64,000 nt of DNA from contig CAYQEJ010000002.1 of assembly GCA_964416505.1 (NCBI GenBank), positions 90,172-154,171 of the forward strand. Direction: 5' to 3'. The notes beneath the pieces are model-generated. The model was not told the origin of the DNA. It saw only the letters and a program-made list of their open reading frames with translations, and made no database searches. This document shows, piece by piece, positions 1 through 8,956 of the stretch; position 1 is the stretch's first letter; the number at the start of each line of letters is the position of its first letter. This DNA comes from an uncultured Gammaproteobacteria bacterium (lineage in GTDB: Bacteria; Patescibacteriota; Microgenomatia; Levybacterales; UBA12049). The position numbers and the translations under genes are program-made.

Positions 1-106
1 AAATATTGTTACTTAATGGCGGCTTCCACCTTTGATCTCGCATATCGTAATCAGGCGATACATATCCAGTGGATGCTCCCGCACCTAAAATAATTATTGG
101 TATCAT
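1..106 (-). CDS. Hypothetical protein, N-terminal fragment; gene runs off the window start
   Basis: On the minus strand an ATG at 104-106 opens a frame (MIPIIILGAGASTGYVSPDYDMRDQRWKPPLSNNI...) that stays open to position 1. Confidence 0.3.
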   Translation of the reverse strand, partial: MIPIIILGAGASTGYVSPDYDMRDQRWKPPLSNNI

Positions 107-156
107 TTGTGGAGTTGGTGTCGGGGCGGGCAAAAAATGCGGGTCTCGGCAGGAAC

Positions 157-192
157 TCTAATTAAAAGCAAATTGCAATCGCGCAATTTGCT
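157..192 (-). terminator. Rho-independent terminator downstream of the 288..755 gene
   Basis: Perfect 10-bp inverted repeat agcaaattgc/gcaatttgct with a 6-nt loop at 167-192. On the minus strand it is followed by the T-run ttttaatt. Confidence 0.45.
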
Positions 193-287
193 TTGCGTAT
201 TATACTAAATATAACTAAAAAAATCAATACTATAAACGTATCAAACCTTAGCACAATGAGAGTAAAAGTTACTTTGGAGAGAATATT

Positions 288-755
288 CTAGAGCCATTGG
301 GCTACGCCGCCGTGACCACTACACGTTCCTTGCCTATGTTGACTATAGCTATATGAGCCATCGCGACATTGAGCTGTAGCATCTGAAGGAACAGAATCAG
401 AATATGAGGGTGATTTAACTTTATTTCCATCAACATTTATATAATATTTATCTTCTGATCCCGTATTTGATACTGGAGCTGATGTAGGAATAAATACTGT
501 CGGCTTTGGTGTAAAAATAGGCTTGGAAGTAGGCGCAGGAGAAGGTGTGACTGTCGGTGTTGGTGTATTTGTCGCAGTTGGCGACACAGTAACAATTGGC
601 GTAGGACTAACTTGATCTGAAGTTCCTTTTACAAAAGTTTTAGGTGAAGTGGCTAATGCAATTCCAGAAGAAACAATTAAAAAAGTTATAAAACCAACTA
701 TGTATGGTCTTAAAGATTTTTTTGGTGAAAAATTATTTTGAATTTCTTCTGCCAT
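288..755 (-). CDS. Membrane-anchored secreted protein with Thr/Pro-rich linker and a C-terminal DUF3761-like domain
   Basis: An internal Met (MAEEIQNN...) is followed by one hydrophobic TM/signal segment and a TPTP-rich linker. The C-terminus CRDGSYSYSQHRQGTCSGHGGVAQWL matches the conserved DUF3761 tail. The upstream part of the track ORF (to 887) overlaps gene 803..1369, and a promoter at 778-806 supports the 755 start. Confidence 0.55.
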   Translation of the reverse strand: MAEEIQNNFSPKKSLRPYIVGFITFLIVSSGIALATSPKTFVKGTSDQVSPTPIVTVSPTATNTPTPTVTPSPAPTSKPIFTPKPTVFIPTSAPVSNTGSEDKYYINVDGNKVKSPSYSDSVPSDATAQCRDGSYSYSQHRQGTCSGHGGVAQWL

Positions 756-777
756 TTTATTAGGCAGAATCAAGGCG

Positions 778-806
778 ATCTTACTCCCCTTTTGCTTTTG
801 TGTCAA
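778..806 (-). promoter_or_regulatory. Sigma70-type promoter (TTGACA-17-TAAGAT) for gene 288..755
   Basis: Reverse complement reads TTGACAcaaaagcaaaaggggagTAAGAT, about 20 nt upstream of the ATG at 755. Confidence 0.4.
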
Positions 807-1369
807 GGCTGGGGGTCTTCTGGCAGAACTCTCTTTTCCTGCGCTACTACATCCATAGAAGCATATCTTGGCATTCTTTCCTGACACAACCTAAGAATAA
901 TAGATGGAGGGATAATTGCTGGTGCTAAAAGACGGACTGACTGATCTGATACAGGTCTACCGAATCCTGAAAAAACAAGTATCCCCGCTGGTAATCCACT
1001 TCCTATCAAAGCAGGCGCCGCCCAGCCAAGCATTTGCTCTCCAGTTACAGGCATGTCTGCAAAATCTATGGCCTCTTTTGCCAAAGCATCCTCAGAAAGC
1101 GTAAGGCCTGCAACCTCTCTATAAAAATCTTCTGGGTTGAGATCATCTGCTGTACTAGCTTGAAGTTCTACATCAATTTCTCCGCTTGGTAATGGGACAG
1201 GAAAAACTGCTAGAGCTCCTGTAGGATCAATTTCTTCTTCCACCTCTCCCCTCACAAGCCATTCGGCAAAAAGTTCTCTGTGTCCTCCGAACATTAATCT
1301 TTCAAGATTTGCTTTTCTGAGATGTCTCAATTGCTCTTCTGTTAATATTTGTCTTTCTGGCATTGGCAT
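803..1369 (-). CDS. Hypothetical protein (188 aa)
   Basis: Long ORF with a consensus promoter upstream (TTGACTTT-N17-TATAAT, rc of 1381-1416). No recognisable domain. Confidence 0.5.
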   Translation of the reverse strand: MPMPERQILTEEQLRHLRKANLERLMFGGHRELFAEWLVRGEVEEEIDPTGALAVFPVPLPSGEIDVELQASTADDLNPEDFYREVAGLTLSEDALAKEAIDFADMPVTGEQMLGWAAPALIGSGLPAGILVFSGFGRPVSDQSVRLLAPAIIPPSIILRLCQERMPRYASMDVVAQEKRVLPEDPQP

Positions 1370-1416
1370 AACGAGACATTATAGGTTGTTTTGCTTCAAA
1401 GTCAAATGGAAATTAG

Positions 1417-1998
1417 TTATTCGTGGGGAATATAACCCTGGTCAATTCCAGCATTTTCCATAGCAACCCAAGCTTGCCTAAGAAGTGGGTTAAGCATATC
1501 CGCATAATAATAATGAATAGCGTCTACGCCTAGTGGATGATTTGGAGCAGAAAGTAACTCATCGGACATTGCCTTTTTTCTTTCTCTTGAATACTGATCC
1601 TGGTAGAAAATGTCTCGATGAAACCCCATTAAACCTGAAAGCACTTCTCTTTCTCCTAAAACAGAATCTATATCTGCCAAAAGTACTCCATTACTAGCTA
1701 AAAAATTCGTCCAAGAATCTCCCCACTGTGCAGCTTGAGAAATCATAACTCCAACTTCTCCATATCTTGCATTTGGATCTAGTCTTTGAGCTCTTAAGCC
1801 ATAAAATAATTCAACAAAATTATGACCATAAAGCGCAAAAGGCCTTACGGCTTCTGCCCTTTCTTCTTTTGTTGTTGCTTTAAGAATAGCTTGGATTCTC
1901 GGATCTTCTACCGGAACTGTTGGTAAAGATTTGGCGAGACCAATAAAGTATTCAAATCGTTCCTCAAAGCTCGCTTCTCCTGTATCTGAATCTGTCAT
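1417..1998 (-). CDS. Hypothetical protein (193 aa)
   Basis: ORF with a consensus promoter at 2006-2033. Confidence 0.5.
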   Translation of the reverse strand: MTDSDTGEASFEERFEYFIGLAKSLPTVPVEDPRIQAILKATTKEERAEAVRPFALYGHNFVELFYGLRAQRLDPNARYGEVGVMISQAAQWGDSWTNFLASNGVLLADIDSVLGEREVLSGLMGFHRDIFYQDQYSRERKKAMSDELLSAPNHPLGVDAIHYYYADMLNPLLRQAWVAMENAGIDQGYIPHE

Positions 1999-2005
1999 TT
2001 CGCGG

Positions 2006-2033
2006 ATTATATACTCTTTTCTCCTGAAGTCAA
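2006..2033 (-). promoter_or_regulatory. Sigma70 promoter TTGACTTC-N-TATATAAT
   Basis: Reverse complement of the plus strand reads ...TTGACTTCaggagaaaagagTATATAATc, immediately upstream of the start at 1998. Confidence 0.45.
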
Positions 2034-2040
2034 ATGGAAA

Positions 2041-2448
2041 TTATTTGGCGCGCATGCGGTTATTTCGAGGATTGTGCTCTAACTCTACTAATCCCAAAGC
2101 TTCCATAAGTGGAGGCATATACATCCCAAATCTTCCGCGAAGTCCTTTTTTTAACCCATACCATCCGCCAATGGGATTTTCTGAAGATCTAGCCCATGCT
2201 TCTACTGTTCCTTCTTTGGCCGGCTTTTGCTCGTCAGCACTCCCCAGCTCCATCCAATCTCCATGTTTTTTTAACATTTCATGAAGATCTTTAATCGCGC
2301 GCAAATCATAACTAAGAGTAGTTGATCCTACTACACAAACAATCGCAGGAGGCGTGAGTGATTCATCTTTATACATGAGATATTCACTTGTTCCCGGAGG
2401 AGTCTTAAGTTTCCAAGGATTTTCGCGAGTTCCTAAATCTTTTGTCAT
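2041..2448 (-). CDS. Hypothetical protein (135 aa)
   Basis: ORF preceded by TTGACT-17-TAGATT (rc of 2449-2490). Confidence 0.5.
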   Translation of the reverse strand: MTKDLGTRENPWKLKTPPGTSEYLMYKDESLTPPAIVCVVGSTTLSYDLRAIKDLHEMLKKHGDWMELGSADEQKPAKEGTVEAWARSSENPIGGWYGLKKGLRGRFGMYMPPLMEALGLVELEHNPRNNRMRAK

Positions 2449-2490
2449 AAAACTTAATCTACTATCCTTTTACTTTTAAGTCAACAAGAT

Positions 2491-2832
2491 TTAAGGATTT
2501 TGTGACTTTTGGGAAACTTCTTCTATTTGTCTCATTGTGAGATCGTAATAAACTTTTTCTTTTCTATGCTGAATACCGACAATTGAGGCAAAACCTAAAC
2601 CCACAAGCATAACTCCGGTGACTACATTTACATCATTTCTAGGAATGCTCATAAGATCGCTTATTCCTTCCTGCGTCATGACTGCTAAACCCAAAGAAAA
2701 TAATGTGAAAGCCGCACCCTGTAAATGATCCAGTTTTCTTTTTTCTGCATATTCAGGTTTGCCTACATCCCCTGGCATAATATATGCATTGGCGTTGTAA
2801 ATTTGACCTGATTCCTTATTTCTAAAACCCAT
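2491..2832 (-). CDS. Small two-TM membrane protein, paralogue A
   Basis: 113 aa with two hydrophobic helices. Shares the motif PGDVGKPEY...KLDHLQG...GLAVMTQE with the neighbouring gene 2898..3224. Confidence 0.55.
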   Translation of the reverse strand: MGFRNKESGQIYNANAYIMPGDVGKPEYAEKRKLDHLQGAAFTLFSLGLAVMTQEGISDLMSIPRNDVNVVTGVMLVGLGFASIVGIQHRKEKVYYDLTMRQIEEVSQKSQNP

Positions 2833-2838
2833 CTAAAT

Positions 2839-2866
2839 ATTATAGGCCTTTTTATTATGAAGTCAA
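2839..2866 (-). promoter_or_regulatory. Sigma70 promoter TTGACTTC-16-TATAAT
   Basis: -10 attata at 2839-2844 and -35 agtcaa at 2861-2866, both read on the minus strand. The start codon is at 2830-2832. Confidence 0.5.
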
Positions 2867-2897
2867 GAAATATTTAGCTTAATGTTTAAGGATTATC

Positions 2898-3224
2898 TTA
2901 TTGATCCGGGGCTCCTGAGTTAAATCTTTCGCGTACTCGACGCGCAACTAATTCACTAAAAGAATTACCCTGCATCTCATGTCCTGCTGCAAACAAAGAA
3001 GCACCAGCTACAGCTATAGCTGCACCAACTGAAAGAGCTACTACACTTGCTGGACGACTAGCTACATCGTTAAGCATCTCCTGAGTGACTGTAGCAAGAC
3101 CAATTACAAACATACTAACACCTATCCCCTGCATATGATCCAGAGCTCTTATATCTCTATATTCTGGAGTTCCAACATCTTCTGGTCTCAAAAGAGCATG
3201 CATGTTTTCTCTATTTGCACTCAT
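2898..3224 (-). CDS. Small two-TM membrane protein, paralogue B
   Basis: 108 aa with PEDVGTPEYRDIRALDHMQG...GLATVTQE. Tandem paralogue of 2491..2832, with its own TTGACTTC...TATAAT promoter. Confidence 0.55.
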   Translation of the reverse strand: MSANRENMHALLRPEDVGTPEYRDIRALDHMQGIGVSMFVIGLATVTQEMLNDVASRPASVVALSVGAAIAVAGASLFAAGHEMQGNSFSELVARRVRERFNSGAPDQ

Positions 3225-3298
3225 GCACGCATTATACTTTCTTTTAGTTTGAAGTCAAGAATAGAAGAAATGGTAAACTTAAATGCTAGAATTAAAAA

Positions 3299-3520
3299 AT
3301 GAAAATATCCATAATTGCTCATCCGAATTCAAAGAATGAAAAAGTTGAAGAAGACCTTCTGGGCACACTCCATGTTTACGTAAATGAAGCTCCCTTAGAT
3401 GGTCGTGCAAATGCCGCAATCATAAATAAACTTTCCAATTTTTTTAAAATCCCTAGATCCAAGATAATTCTTTTAAAAGGAGAAAAATCCAAAAATAAAA
3501 TTTTTGAAATATTGAAATAA
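3299..3520 (+). CDS. DUF167/YggU-like small protein
   Basis: 73 aa. The pattern HVYVNEAPLDGRANAAIINKLSNFFKIPRSKIILLKGEKSKNK resembles the YggU family (..A.P..GKAN..L...LA..L....S.I.I..G..SR.K). Confidence 0.45.
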   Translation: MKISIIAHPNSKNEKVEEDLLGTLHVYVNEAPLDGRANAAIINKLSNFFKIPRSKIILLKGEKSKNKIFEILK

Positions 3521-3522
3521 TT

Positions 3523-4053
3523 CTATTTTCCGAAAGTGGCGGTGACTTCTGGTGGCTGAGGAATTCCAAAATGCGCAAGCGTTCCCCTACTTAACCCTTC
3601 ATGATGAGCTTCATGCGCTCTCATATCCTGAAGAACTGAAAAACCAGATAAACCTGGCTGAGAGTAAGGGATATCTACTCTTCTTCCCCAATTTGCAGGA
3701 TTCCTAAAAACTCTTTCAAGTCCCGCTGTTCCAGTGTCATATAAAGCTAAGAGTTCTTCTCGAGAAAGTGTGGAAAGATCTGGCAATTGTTCTCTTTCTT
3801 CAGTCTCAAAAGCTCTTAATCTCACATCAGCATGTTTTACTTGATGCTCCAAATATGTTCTTTGAGCAGCCACATCTACTCCAACTACTTCTCCAAACTG
3901 AGCCTCACTTGTCGCGGCATAAGCTGTTCTATTTGCAGTTCTTAATCCTAAAAGCATGTCCACCGATCTATTTATTTCAAGAGCTAATGCCTCTGGGATA
4001 ACCAATGGTTCTCGGGGCGAAGTTGATTCAGTTCTTTCTGCTGCCATAAGCAA
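3523..4053 (-). CDS. Hypothetical protein, possibly DinB/YfiT-like helical-bundle metal-binding protein
   Basis: 176 aa. The His-rich C-terminal motif MRAHEAHHEG is weakly reminiscent of the DinB_2 superfamily. Consensus promoter TTGACT-16-TATAAT upstream. Confidence 0.35.
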   Translation of the reverse strand: MLMAAERTESTSPREPLVIPEALALEINRSVDMLLGLRTANRTAYAATSEAQFGEVVGVDVAAQRTYLEHQVKHADVRLRAFETEEREQLPDLSTLSREELLALYDTGTAGLERVFRNPANWGRRVDIPYSQPGLSGFSVLQDMRAHEAHHEGLSRGTLAHFGIPQPPEVTATFGK

Positions 4054-4085
4054 ATTATACCTTCTTTTTCCTATCAGTCAAGAAA

Positions 4086-4412
4086 CTATGCTAAGAATCT
4101 CTGAGCATAATCTAAAAATTGACTATTTTCAAATCCTTCAAAATGCGGAGATTTTTTAAGATTCACCAAAGTTGCTCTAAGCTCTGCTGGTGCATGATCA
4201 CCGCTTATTGCATTTTGAATCATTTTACAAACTGCGCTACCTGATCTTTCAAAATGTGCAGCTAAAAGTGCCAATGCCTTCTTATCATTATTATTGACTG
4301 CTTCCTGATATTCTTTTGGATACATTGCTGCAATTGCACTTTCTCTTGAAGCATGCGTCAGCAAACCATCAGCTGTTGTTGCGAATATTATCTCCATAAA
4401 CCTTCTTTGCAC
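4086..4412 (-). CDS. Hypothetical protein (108 aa)
   Basis: ORF with no promoter of its own. It is probably co-transcribed with 4511..5977. Confidence 0.45.
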   Translation of the reverse strand: MQRRFMEIIFATTADGLLTHASRESAIAAMYPKEYQEAVNNNDKKALALLAAHFERSGSAVCKMIQNAISGDHAPAELRATLVNLKKSPHFEGFENSQFLDYAQRFLA

Positions 4413-4510
4413 ATCTGTTAATCTATCAACTTTTTTATAAGCTACCTCTTTATTATGATGACCATCTGTTTCAGGTTTTGGCGCTTTAGTATTTCTTTCA
4501 GGTAATCCAG

Positions 4511-5977
4511 CTACTCCTCTTTTCTGGCAAGAAGAGCAGGAAGTGTTGTTTGCCTAGACATAATTAAACCCACTTCAGCGGGACTAAGATCAGATGGATA
4601 ACCAAACCGCATAAGACCAGCAGCTAATTCTTGAGCATGCTTTTTTTGCTGAAGATTTAAACTTCCCGCACCTCTTTGATCTAAAGCAGCCTTCGCTCTT
4701 ATCCTTTCATAAATAAAAGGAGTCAAAAATCTGGAAACATATTCATCAGCAGCCTTATCTCTCTCATCAGAAGACAAATCAGAGACTTTTGAACCCAACA
4801 AGCTTAAAGCAATATCCCTAAGACTGACATGGATTGGCTCCCGTTGATCATTCATTTCCAAAACTGCTTGTATTATTTTTCTATTAGCTTCTGCTTCTCT
4901 GCGCATCTCCGCTTCAGGATCAGGTACATCTACTCTACTCGGAGCAGGCGAAGCAATGTGAAAGTCTTTTCCTTGAACTGGTTTTAATCCAAACATTCCA
5001 TTTCTTGGATTCTGAACTGATTCAGCTCGCGTTCTACTCAGATCAACTATAATAATTGGGTCTTGAGAAGATAAGCCTCCCGCTTCTTGCTCTTCCCGTG
5101 GATTTCTTAGTATGCTTCTTAAGAAAGTTCTATTGGTGCCTTTTCTAATTCGAATTCTGTCTAAAACTTCTGGGGAAATATTCTCGGGATAACCCTGTGA
5201 AGCTAAATATTCAGTAAAACGCCCCACCTGCTTTAATCTATCTTCAGTTAGACTAGAAGGATCTACTCTGGAAATTTCCAAGTCTCTAATTAAATCTTTT
5301 GTAAAATCACCAATTACCCTAAGCGCATTTCCAAATTGCTGAAATGACTCTGGGGTACCCTTAGGCGGCAACTCACCAGAAAGGATAGCACTTACTGCAT
5401 AAGCGAATTTCCTATACATCAGTCCTCTTCTGTCTCGATCTAAACCAAAAACAGCTTCAATAATTTGTTTTTCCCTAGAAGAAATTTCTAGACTTGCTGT
5501 TCCTTCGAAACTAGCGACTCCTGGAGATGCTACAGCCAAATCCTCATCGTCAGAGAATCCATCCGGCAAGACAACTGGATCATCAAAAAAAGTATCGGGA
5601 CTATCTGGTAATGCAAAAGGGTCTGGCTCATCATCCGGCGTCAAAGCGGTAGGGAGCGCATCTGCAGCCTGTGTAAAAACTAAATCTCCTTCCGATTCTC
5701 CGCCTTTATCTTTAGGCTCAAGTTTAATAGGGTCAAATAAATCTTCTACTGAAATTGGATCTAAGCCCAAACCCATCCTCGCAAATGCGTCCTGAATTAG
5801 ACTTAATCCAGTATAAACATTTCCGCTTTCGCTTAATATTATCTGGTGTCTTCTGGTTGCATCAACTACCGCTTGAGAATCACCTACTGCAAGAGCTTCG
5901 TCAATTCTCCCGCGCGCAGTATCAGCATGCTCTGACAACATACCCTGACTTACTTCTTTAAACCTGCCAAGTGCCAT
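4511..5977 (-). CDS. Large acidic hypothetical protein (488 aa)
   Basis: Long ORF with a D/E/P-rich middle segment. Consensus promoter at 5986-6013. Confidence 0.5.
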   Translation of the reverse strand: MALGRFKEVSQGMLSEHADTARGRIDEALAVGDSQAVVDATRRHQIILSESGNVYTGLSLIQDAFARMGLGLDPISVEDLFDPIKLEPKDKGGESEGDLVFTQAADALPTALTPDDEPDPFALPDSPDTFFDDPVVLPDGFSDDEDLAVASPGVASFEGTASLEISSREKQIIEAVFGLDRDRRGLMYRKFAYAVSAILSGELPPKGTPESFQQFGNALRVIGDFTKDLIRDLEISRVDPSSLTEDRLKQVGRFTEYLASQGYPENISPEVLDRIRIRKGTNRTFLRSILRNPREEQEAGGLSSQDPIIIVDLSRTRAESVQNPRNGMFGLKPVQGKDFHIASPAPSRVDVPDPEAEMRREAEANRKIIQAVLEMNDQREPIHVSLRDIALSLLGSKVSDLSSDERDKAADEYVSRFLTPFIYERIRAKAALDQRGAGSLNLQQKKHAQELAAGLMRFGYPSDLSPAEVGLIMSRQTTLPALLARKEE

Positions 5978-5985
5978 AGCTTGGG

Positions 5986-6013
5986 ATTATATACTTTTTC
6001 ATTGAGGAGTCAA
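5986..6013 (-). promoter_or_regulatory. Sigma70 promoter TTGACTCC-N-TATATAAT
   Basis: Reverse complement reads atattgactcctcaatgaaaaagTATATAATccc, upstream of the ATG at 5977. Confidence 0.45.
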
Positions 6014-6015
6014 TA

Positions 6016-6606
6016 TTATTTATTTGTGGAATATTTTTTACCAATTTTCGAAAGAATTAGAAAACTTAAAACACAGCAAATTAAAAATATATATAGAGGA
6101 AAGCCATAAGTCGCAAAATTCCACTCTTTAATAGTTAAAAGAGTAATCACAGATGCTATTCCTGGTGCCACAAATCCGAATGCACTTTCACTTTCTGGAT
6201 CACGGAAAGATTTAATTACAGTTGGTATGGCAGCCAATAAATCTGAAAGAATACTAAATAAAATCGCTATATTTCCTACTCCAGTTAAGAGCCAAAGCAT
6301 AAGACCTAAAATAGAAAGACCGCCAAAGAGATAATCTCTTTTGTCTATTTTCCAATAAGCTTTTTTATTTACAAAGGAAGCAAAAAATATTAATAGTGGA
6401 TCAAGACCTACAAAAAGAGTAAGTAGTTTTTGAGGTCCTTCCACTTGATCAAGCTGTGCTGCAAATGCAATAAGCGGAACTACTCCCCACAAAAACCATG
6501 TAACTCGATTGGGCTTAGCTTTTCCTTGAATGGTTTTTATAAAATATCCCGCACTCCCCAAAAAAGTAATTATTAAACCCAAATAGACAAAGTTCTCATT
6601 AAGCAT
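6016..6606 (-). CDS. Polytopic membrane protein, unknown function
   Basis: 196 aa with five or six hydrophobic helices. Confidence 0.5.
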   Translation of the reverse strand: MLNENFVYLGLIITFLGSAGYFIKTIQGKAKPNRVTWFLWGVVPLIAFAAQLDQVEGPQKLLTLFVGLDPLLIFFASFVNKKAYWKIDKRDYLFGGLSILGLMLWLLTGVGNIAILFSILSDLLAAIPTVIKSFRDPESESAFGFVAPGIASVITLLTIKEWNFATYGFPLYIFLICCVLSFLILSKIGKKYSTNK

Positions 6607-6648
6607 AAAAAGATTATGTCAACTTTCTTACACAAAATAAACGACTAG

Positions 6649-7272
6649 TTACTCAAGAGGTTTTTCTACTATTAATAGTTCTGTTCCCCTTACAAATCTC
6701 GGTATAAAACTTGAAGCGACAAAAATATTCTCTTCTACTGCCATTTTGACAAATAAATCCATATCTCTTCCATCTGTCTTTAAATCCTTACCATGATGAA
6801 TTATTGCTCTTCCTCCAGGTTTCAATACTCTTCTTATTTCCCTAATTCCCCTTAGCTGAGCCATCTTTTTCAACCAAATGAAAACAAATGCAGAAAAAGC
6901 AAAATCCTGGCTATTATCTGGAAGAGGAATATCTTCTACGCTACCTAACACAGTGGTTAAACCAGCTGGATTATCCAAAACCTGATGAATTAAATCCAGA
7001 TTTGTCATATGAAGATTTTCACCATATCTATCAACTAGTTCTCTTGACGCAGATGATTTATATCCTCCACCTATCTCTAAAGCATTCACTCTTTGCCCAC
7101 TTGCGACTAACCGATCTAAATTATAAGTAACCTGTTTTCCAAGCGTAATATCTATAGAAAAAAATGGTCTATTGGTAAGCTGCGTAAACCCCGCCTCAGT
7201 GGCTAAAAGTTCTCTTTTTTCAGAAAGAGTAGCTCCAGGAACCATTCTATATTTTGGTCTTTCAGTTGCCAT
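6649..7272 (-). CDS. Class I SAM-dependent methyltransferase, paralogue 1
   Basis: Motif I LEIGGG and post-I/II patterns (VLKPGGRAII). Roughly 35-40% identical by eye to gene 8085..8711. Confidence 0.65.
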   Translation of the reverse strand: MATERPKYRMVPGATLSEKRELLATEAGFTQLTNRPFFSIDITLGKQVTYNLDRLVASGQRVNALEIGGGYKSSASRELVDRYGENLHMTNLDLIHQVLDNPAGLTTVLGSVEDIPLPDNSQDFAFSAFVFIWLKKMAQLRGIREIRRVLKPGGRAIIHHGKDLKTDGRDMDLFVKMAVEENIFVASSFIPRFVRGTELLIVEKPLE

Positions 7273-7352
7273 GACGAGAAATTATATATTATTATAGGTC
7301 TAAATTCAAACTTACACGAAGTCATGAAATACTTAAATGCTATAATTTCGTT

Positions 7353-8111
7353 ATGAAAAAAGTAATAGCTATCGGCGGCGGAGAAATTGGAAGAGATGGA
7401 TATCAAATTGAAACTAGAAAAATTGACCAGGAAATCATAAAACTCTCCGGTAAAAAATCTCCAAAAATTCTTTTTATCCCTACTGCTTCAAGTGACTCCA
7501 AAGGTTATATAAAAAATTTTGAAGATTATTTTGGTAAAGAACTAAAGTGCATTACTGATATTTTATTTTTAAATAAAAATATTAAAAATGATGAGATTAA
7601 AGAAAAAATTTTTAGCGCTGATATTATCTATGTTGGCGGAGGAAACACTTTTAGAATGCTAAGGGCCTGGAAGAGATTTGGAGTCGACAAGTTCCTCAAA
7701 CAAGCGTGGGAAAATGGAATAGTAATCGCAGGACTTAGTGCTGGAGCAATCTGTTGGTTTTCATATGGACATAGTGATTCAAGAAGATTTAAATCAAAAA
7801 ATGTTTCTTGGGATTTTATAAAAGTTACAGGACTTGGATGGTTCCCTTTTATTTTCTGTCCACATTATCATTTTGAAAAAAGAGAAGAAAATTTTCAAAA
7901 ACTAATAAAAAGAGATGGCGGAATAGGACTCGCAATGGATAATAAAACTGCAATAGAAATAGTAGATGATAAATTTAGAATTTTAAAATCAGATGATAGT
8001 GCAAAAGCTTACAAAATTACGAGAGACAAAAAGGATTTAAAAATTGAAGAATTAGAATGCGAAGATTTTAAACCCCTGGAAAATCTAAGTTCTGTGATAA
8101 GGCTTAAATAA
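7353..8111 (+). CDS. Peptidase S51 (dipeptidase E/cyanophycinase-like) family protein
   Basis: KILFIPTAS..., IYVGGGNTFRML and AGLSAGAICWF (nucleophile Ser in GxSAG) are typical of the S51/class-I glutamine amidotransferase-like fold. Confidence 0.6.
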   Translation: MKKVIAIGGGEIGRDGYQIETRKIDQEIIKLSGKKSPKILFIPTASSDSKGYIKNFEDYFGKELKCITDILFLNKNIKNDEIKEKIFSADIIYVGGGNTFRMLRAWKRFGVDKFLKQAWENGIVIAGLSAGAICWFSYGHSDSRRFKSKNVSWDFIKVTGLGWFPFIFCPHYHFEKREENFQKLIKRDGGIGLAMDNKTAIEIVDDKFRILKSDDSAKAYKITRDKKDLKIEELECEDFKPLENLSSVIRLK

Positions 8112-8711
8112 ATATAAGATGGGAAATTCAGAACTCTCAACACTTCCCACTTCTCTACCATAAAATAAATTTGATCGTAAACCCATAGATGAGATTGCGC
8201 CTCTTTCATTCTTATAAACATAACGATCAGATCCGTAAAAAATTGCAGCGGTTCCACCCGGCTTGAGAATTCTAGAAACTTCTCCAATCGCCTTCATTCT
8301 TTGAGGATCAGTTAAACAATTAAAAACAAATGATGAATATGCGAGATCTTTACTTTCATCAGCTACAGGCAATTGCTGAGCTAATCCTAAAATCTTTCTT
8401 ACTCCTTCCGGAGAAGGGGTATCTGGAAAGACTGGATTTAAATTTGTCACATTTACCATATCTCCATATAAATTCTTTAATTCCAAAGCTGCTCTAGACT
8501 GCTCTCCTCCACCAATATCTAAAATTTCTATAGGGTCTATCGATCTTACTATTCTTCGAGGTAAATTTAAAGAAATATAGTGACCTAATATGTCATCTAC
8601 TTCTAAAAAAGTTCTATTAGTAATAGGGGTAGTTCTCCCATCAGGAGTTTTTACTACAACATCATAGGAGCAACCTTCTAATATTTGCATTCCCAACCTA
8701 TCCTTAATCAT
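8085..8711 (-). CDS. Class I SAM-dependent methyltransferase, paralogue 2
   Basis: LDIGGGEQS motif I and ILKPGGTAAI. Paralogue of 6649..7272 with a near-identical promoter-proximal sequence (gaattatatattattataggtc). Confidence 0.65.
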   Translation of the reverse strand: MIKDRLGMQILEGCSYDVVVKTPDGRTTPITNRTFLEVDDILGHYISLNLPRRIVRSIDPIEILDIGGGEQSRAALELKNLYGDMVNVTNLNPVFPDTPSPEGVRKILGLAQQLPVADESKDLAYSSFVFNCLTDPQRMKAIGEVSRILKPGGTAAIFYGSDRYVYKNERGAISSMGLRSNLFYGREVGSVESSEFPILYLFKPYHRT

Positions 8712-8956
8712 CGGGGAATTATATATTATTATAGGTCCAAAGACAATTTACTGAAATTAAGAAATTGAATCTTTTTAAGCTTTTTTTGGGCGGAAAGGCA
8801 AGATTTCCCCTGTAGATATGGTTGCCGGAACAGGAGGTCTTCTCCTTGAAGGATGACCTGGTTTTATTTGTCCGATATTAAAACCTTCTGGAATTCTTGG
8901 TGAACTATTTTCCTGATTTCCATTTCCTTCTGACATAAGTTAAGTATACTATAAAT

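Noticed and set aside
288-887. Long N-terminal extensions proposed by the ORF track (288..887, 47347..48453, 35587..37341, 55378..55626, 59578..60531, 25237..25626, 25559..26371)
   Set aside because: The extensions overlap neighbouring genes or promoters and lack a signal peptide or conserved N-terminus. Internal Met codons that match family N-termini and upstream promoter/RBS positions were preferred.
6649-8711. Restriction-modification system (two methyltransferases)
   Set aside because: Both methyltransferases are short class I SAM enzymes without DNA-methyltransferase target-recognition or catalytic (DPPY/NPPY, PCQ) motifs. No endonuclease partner is present, and a peptidase lies between them.
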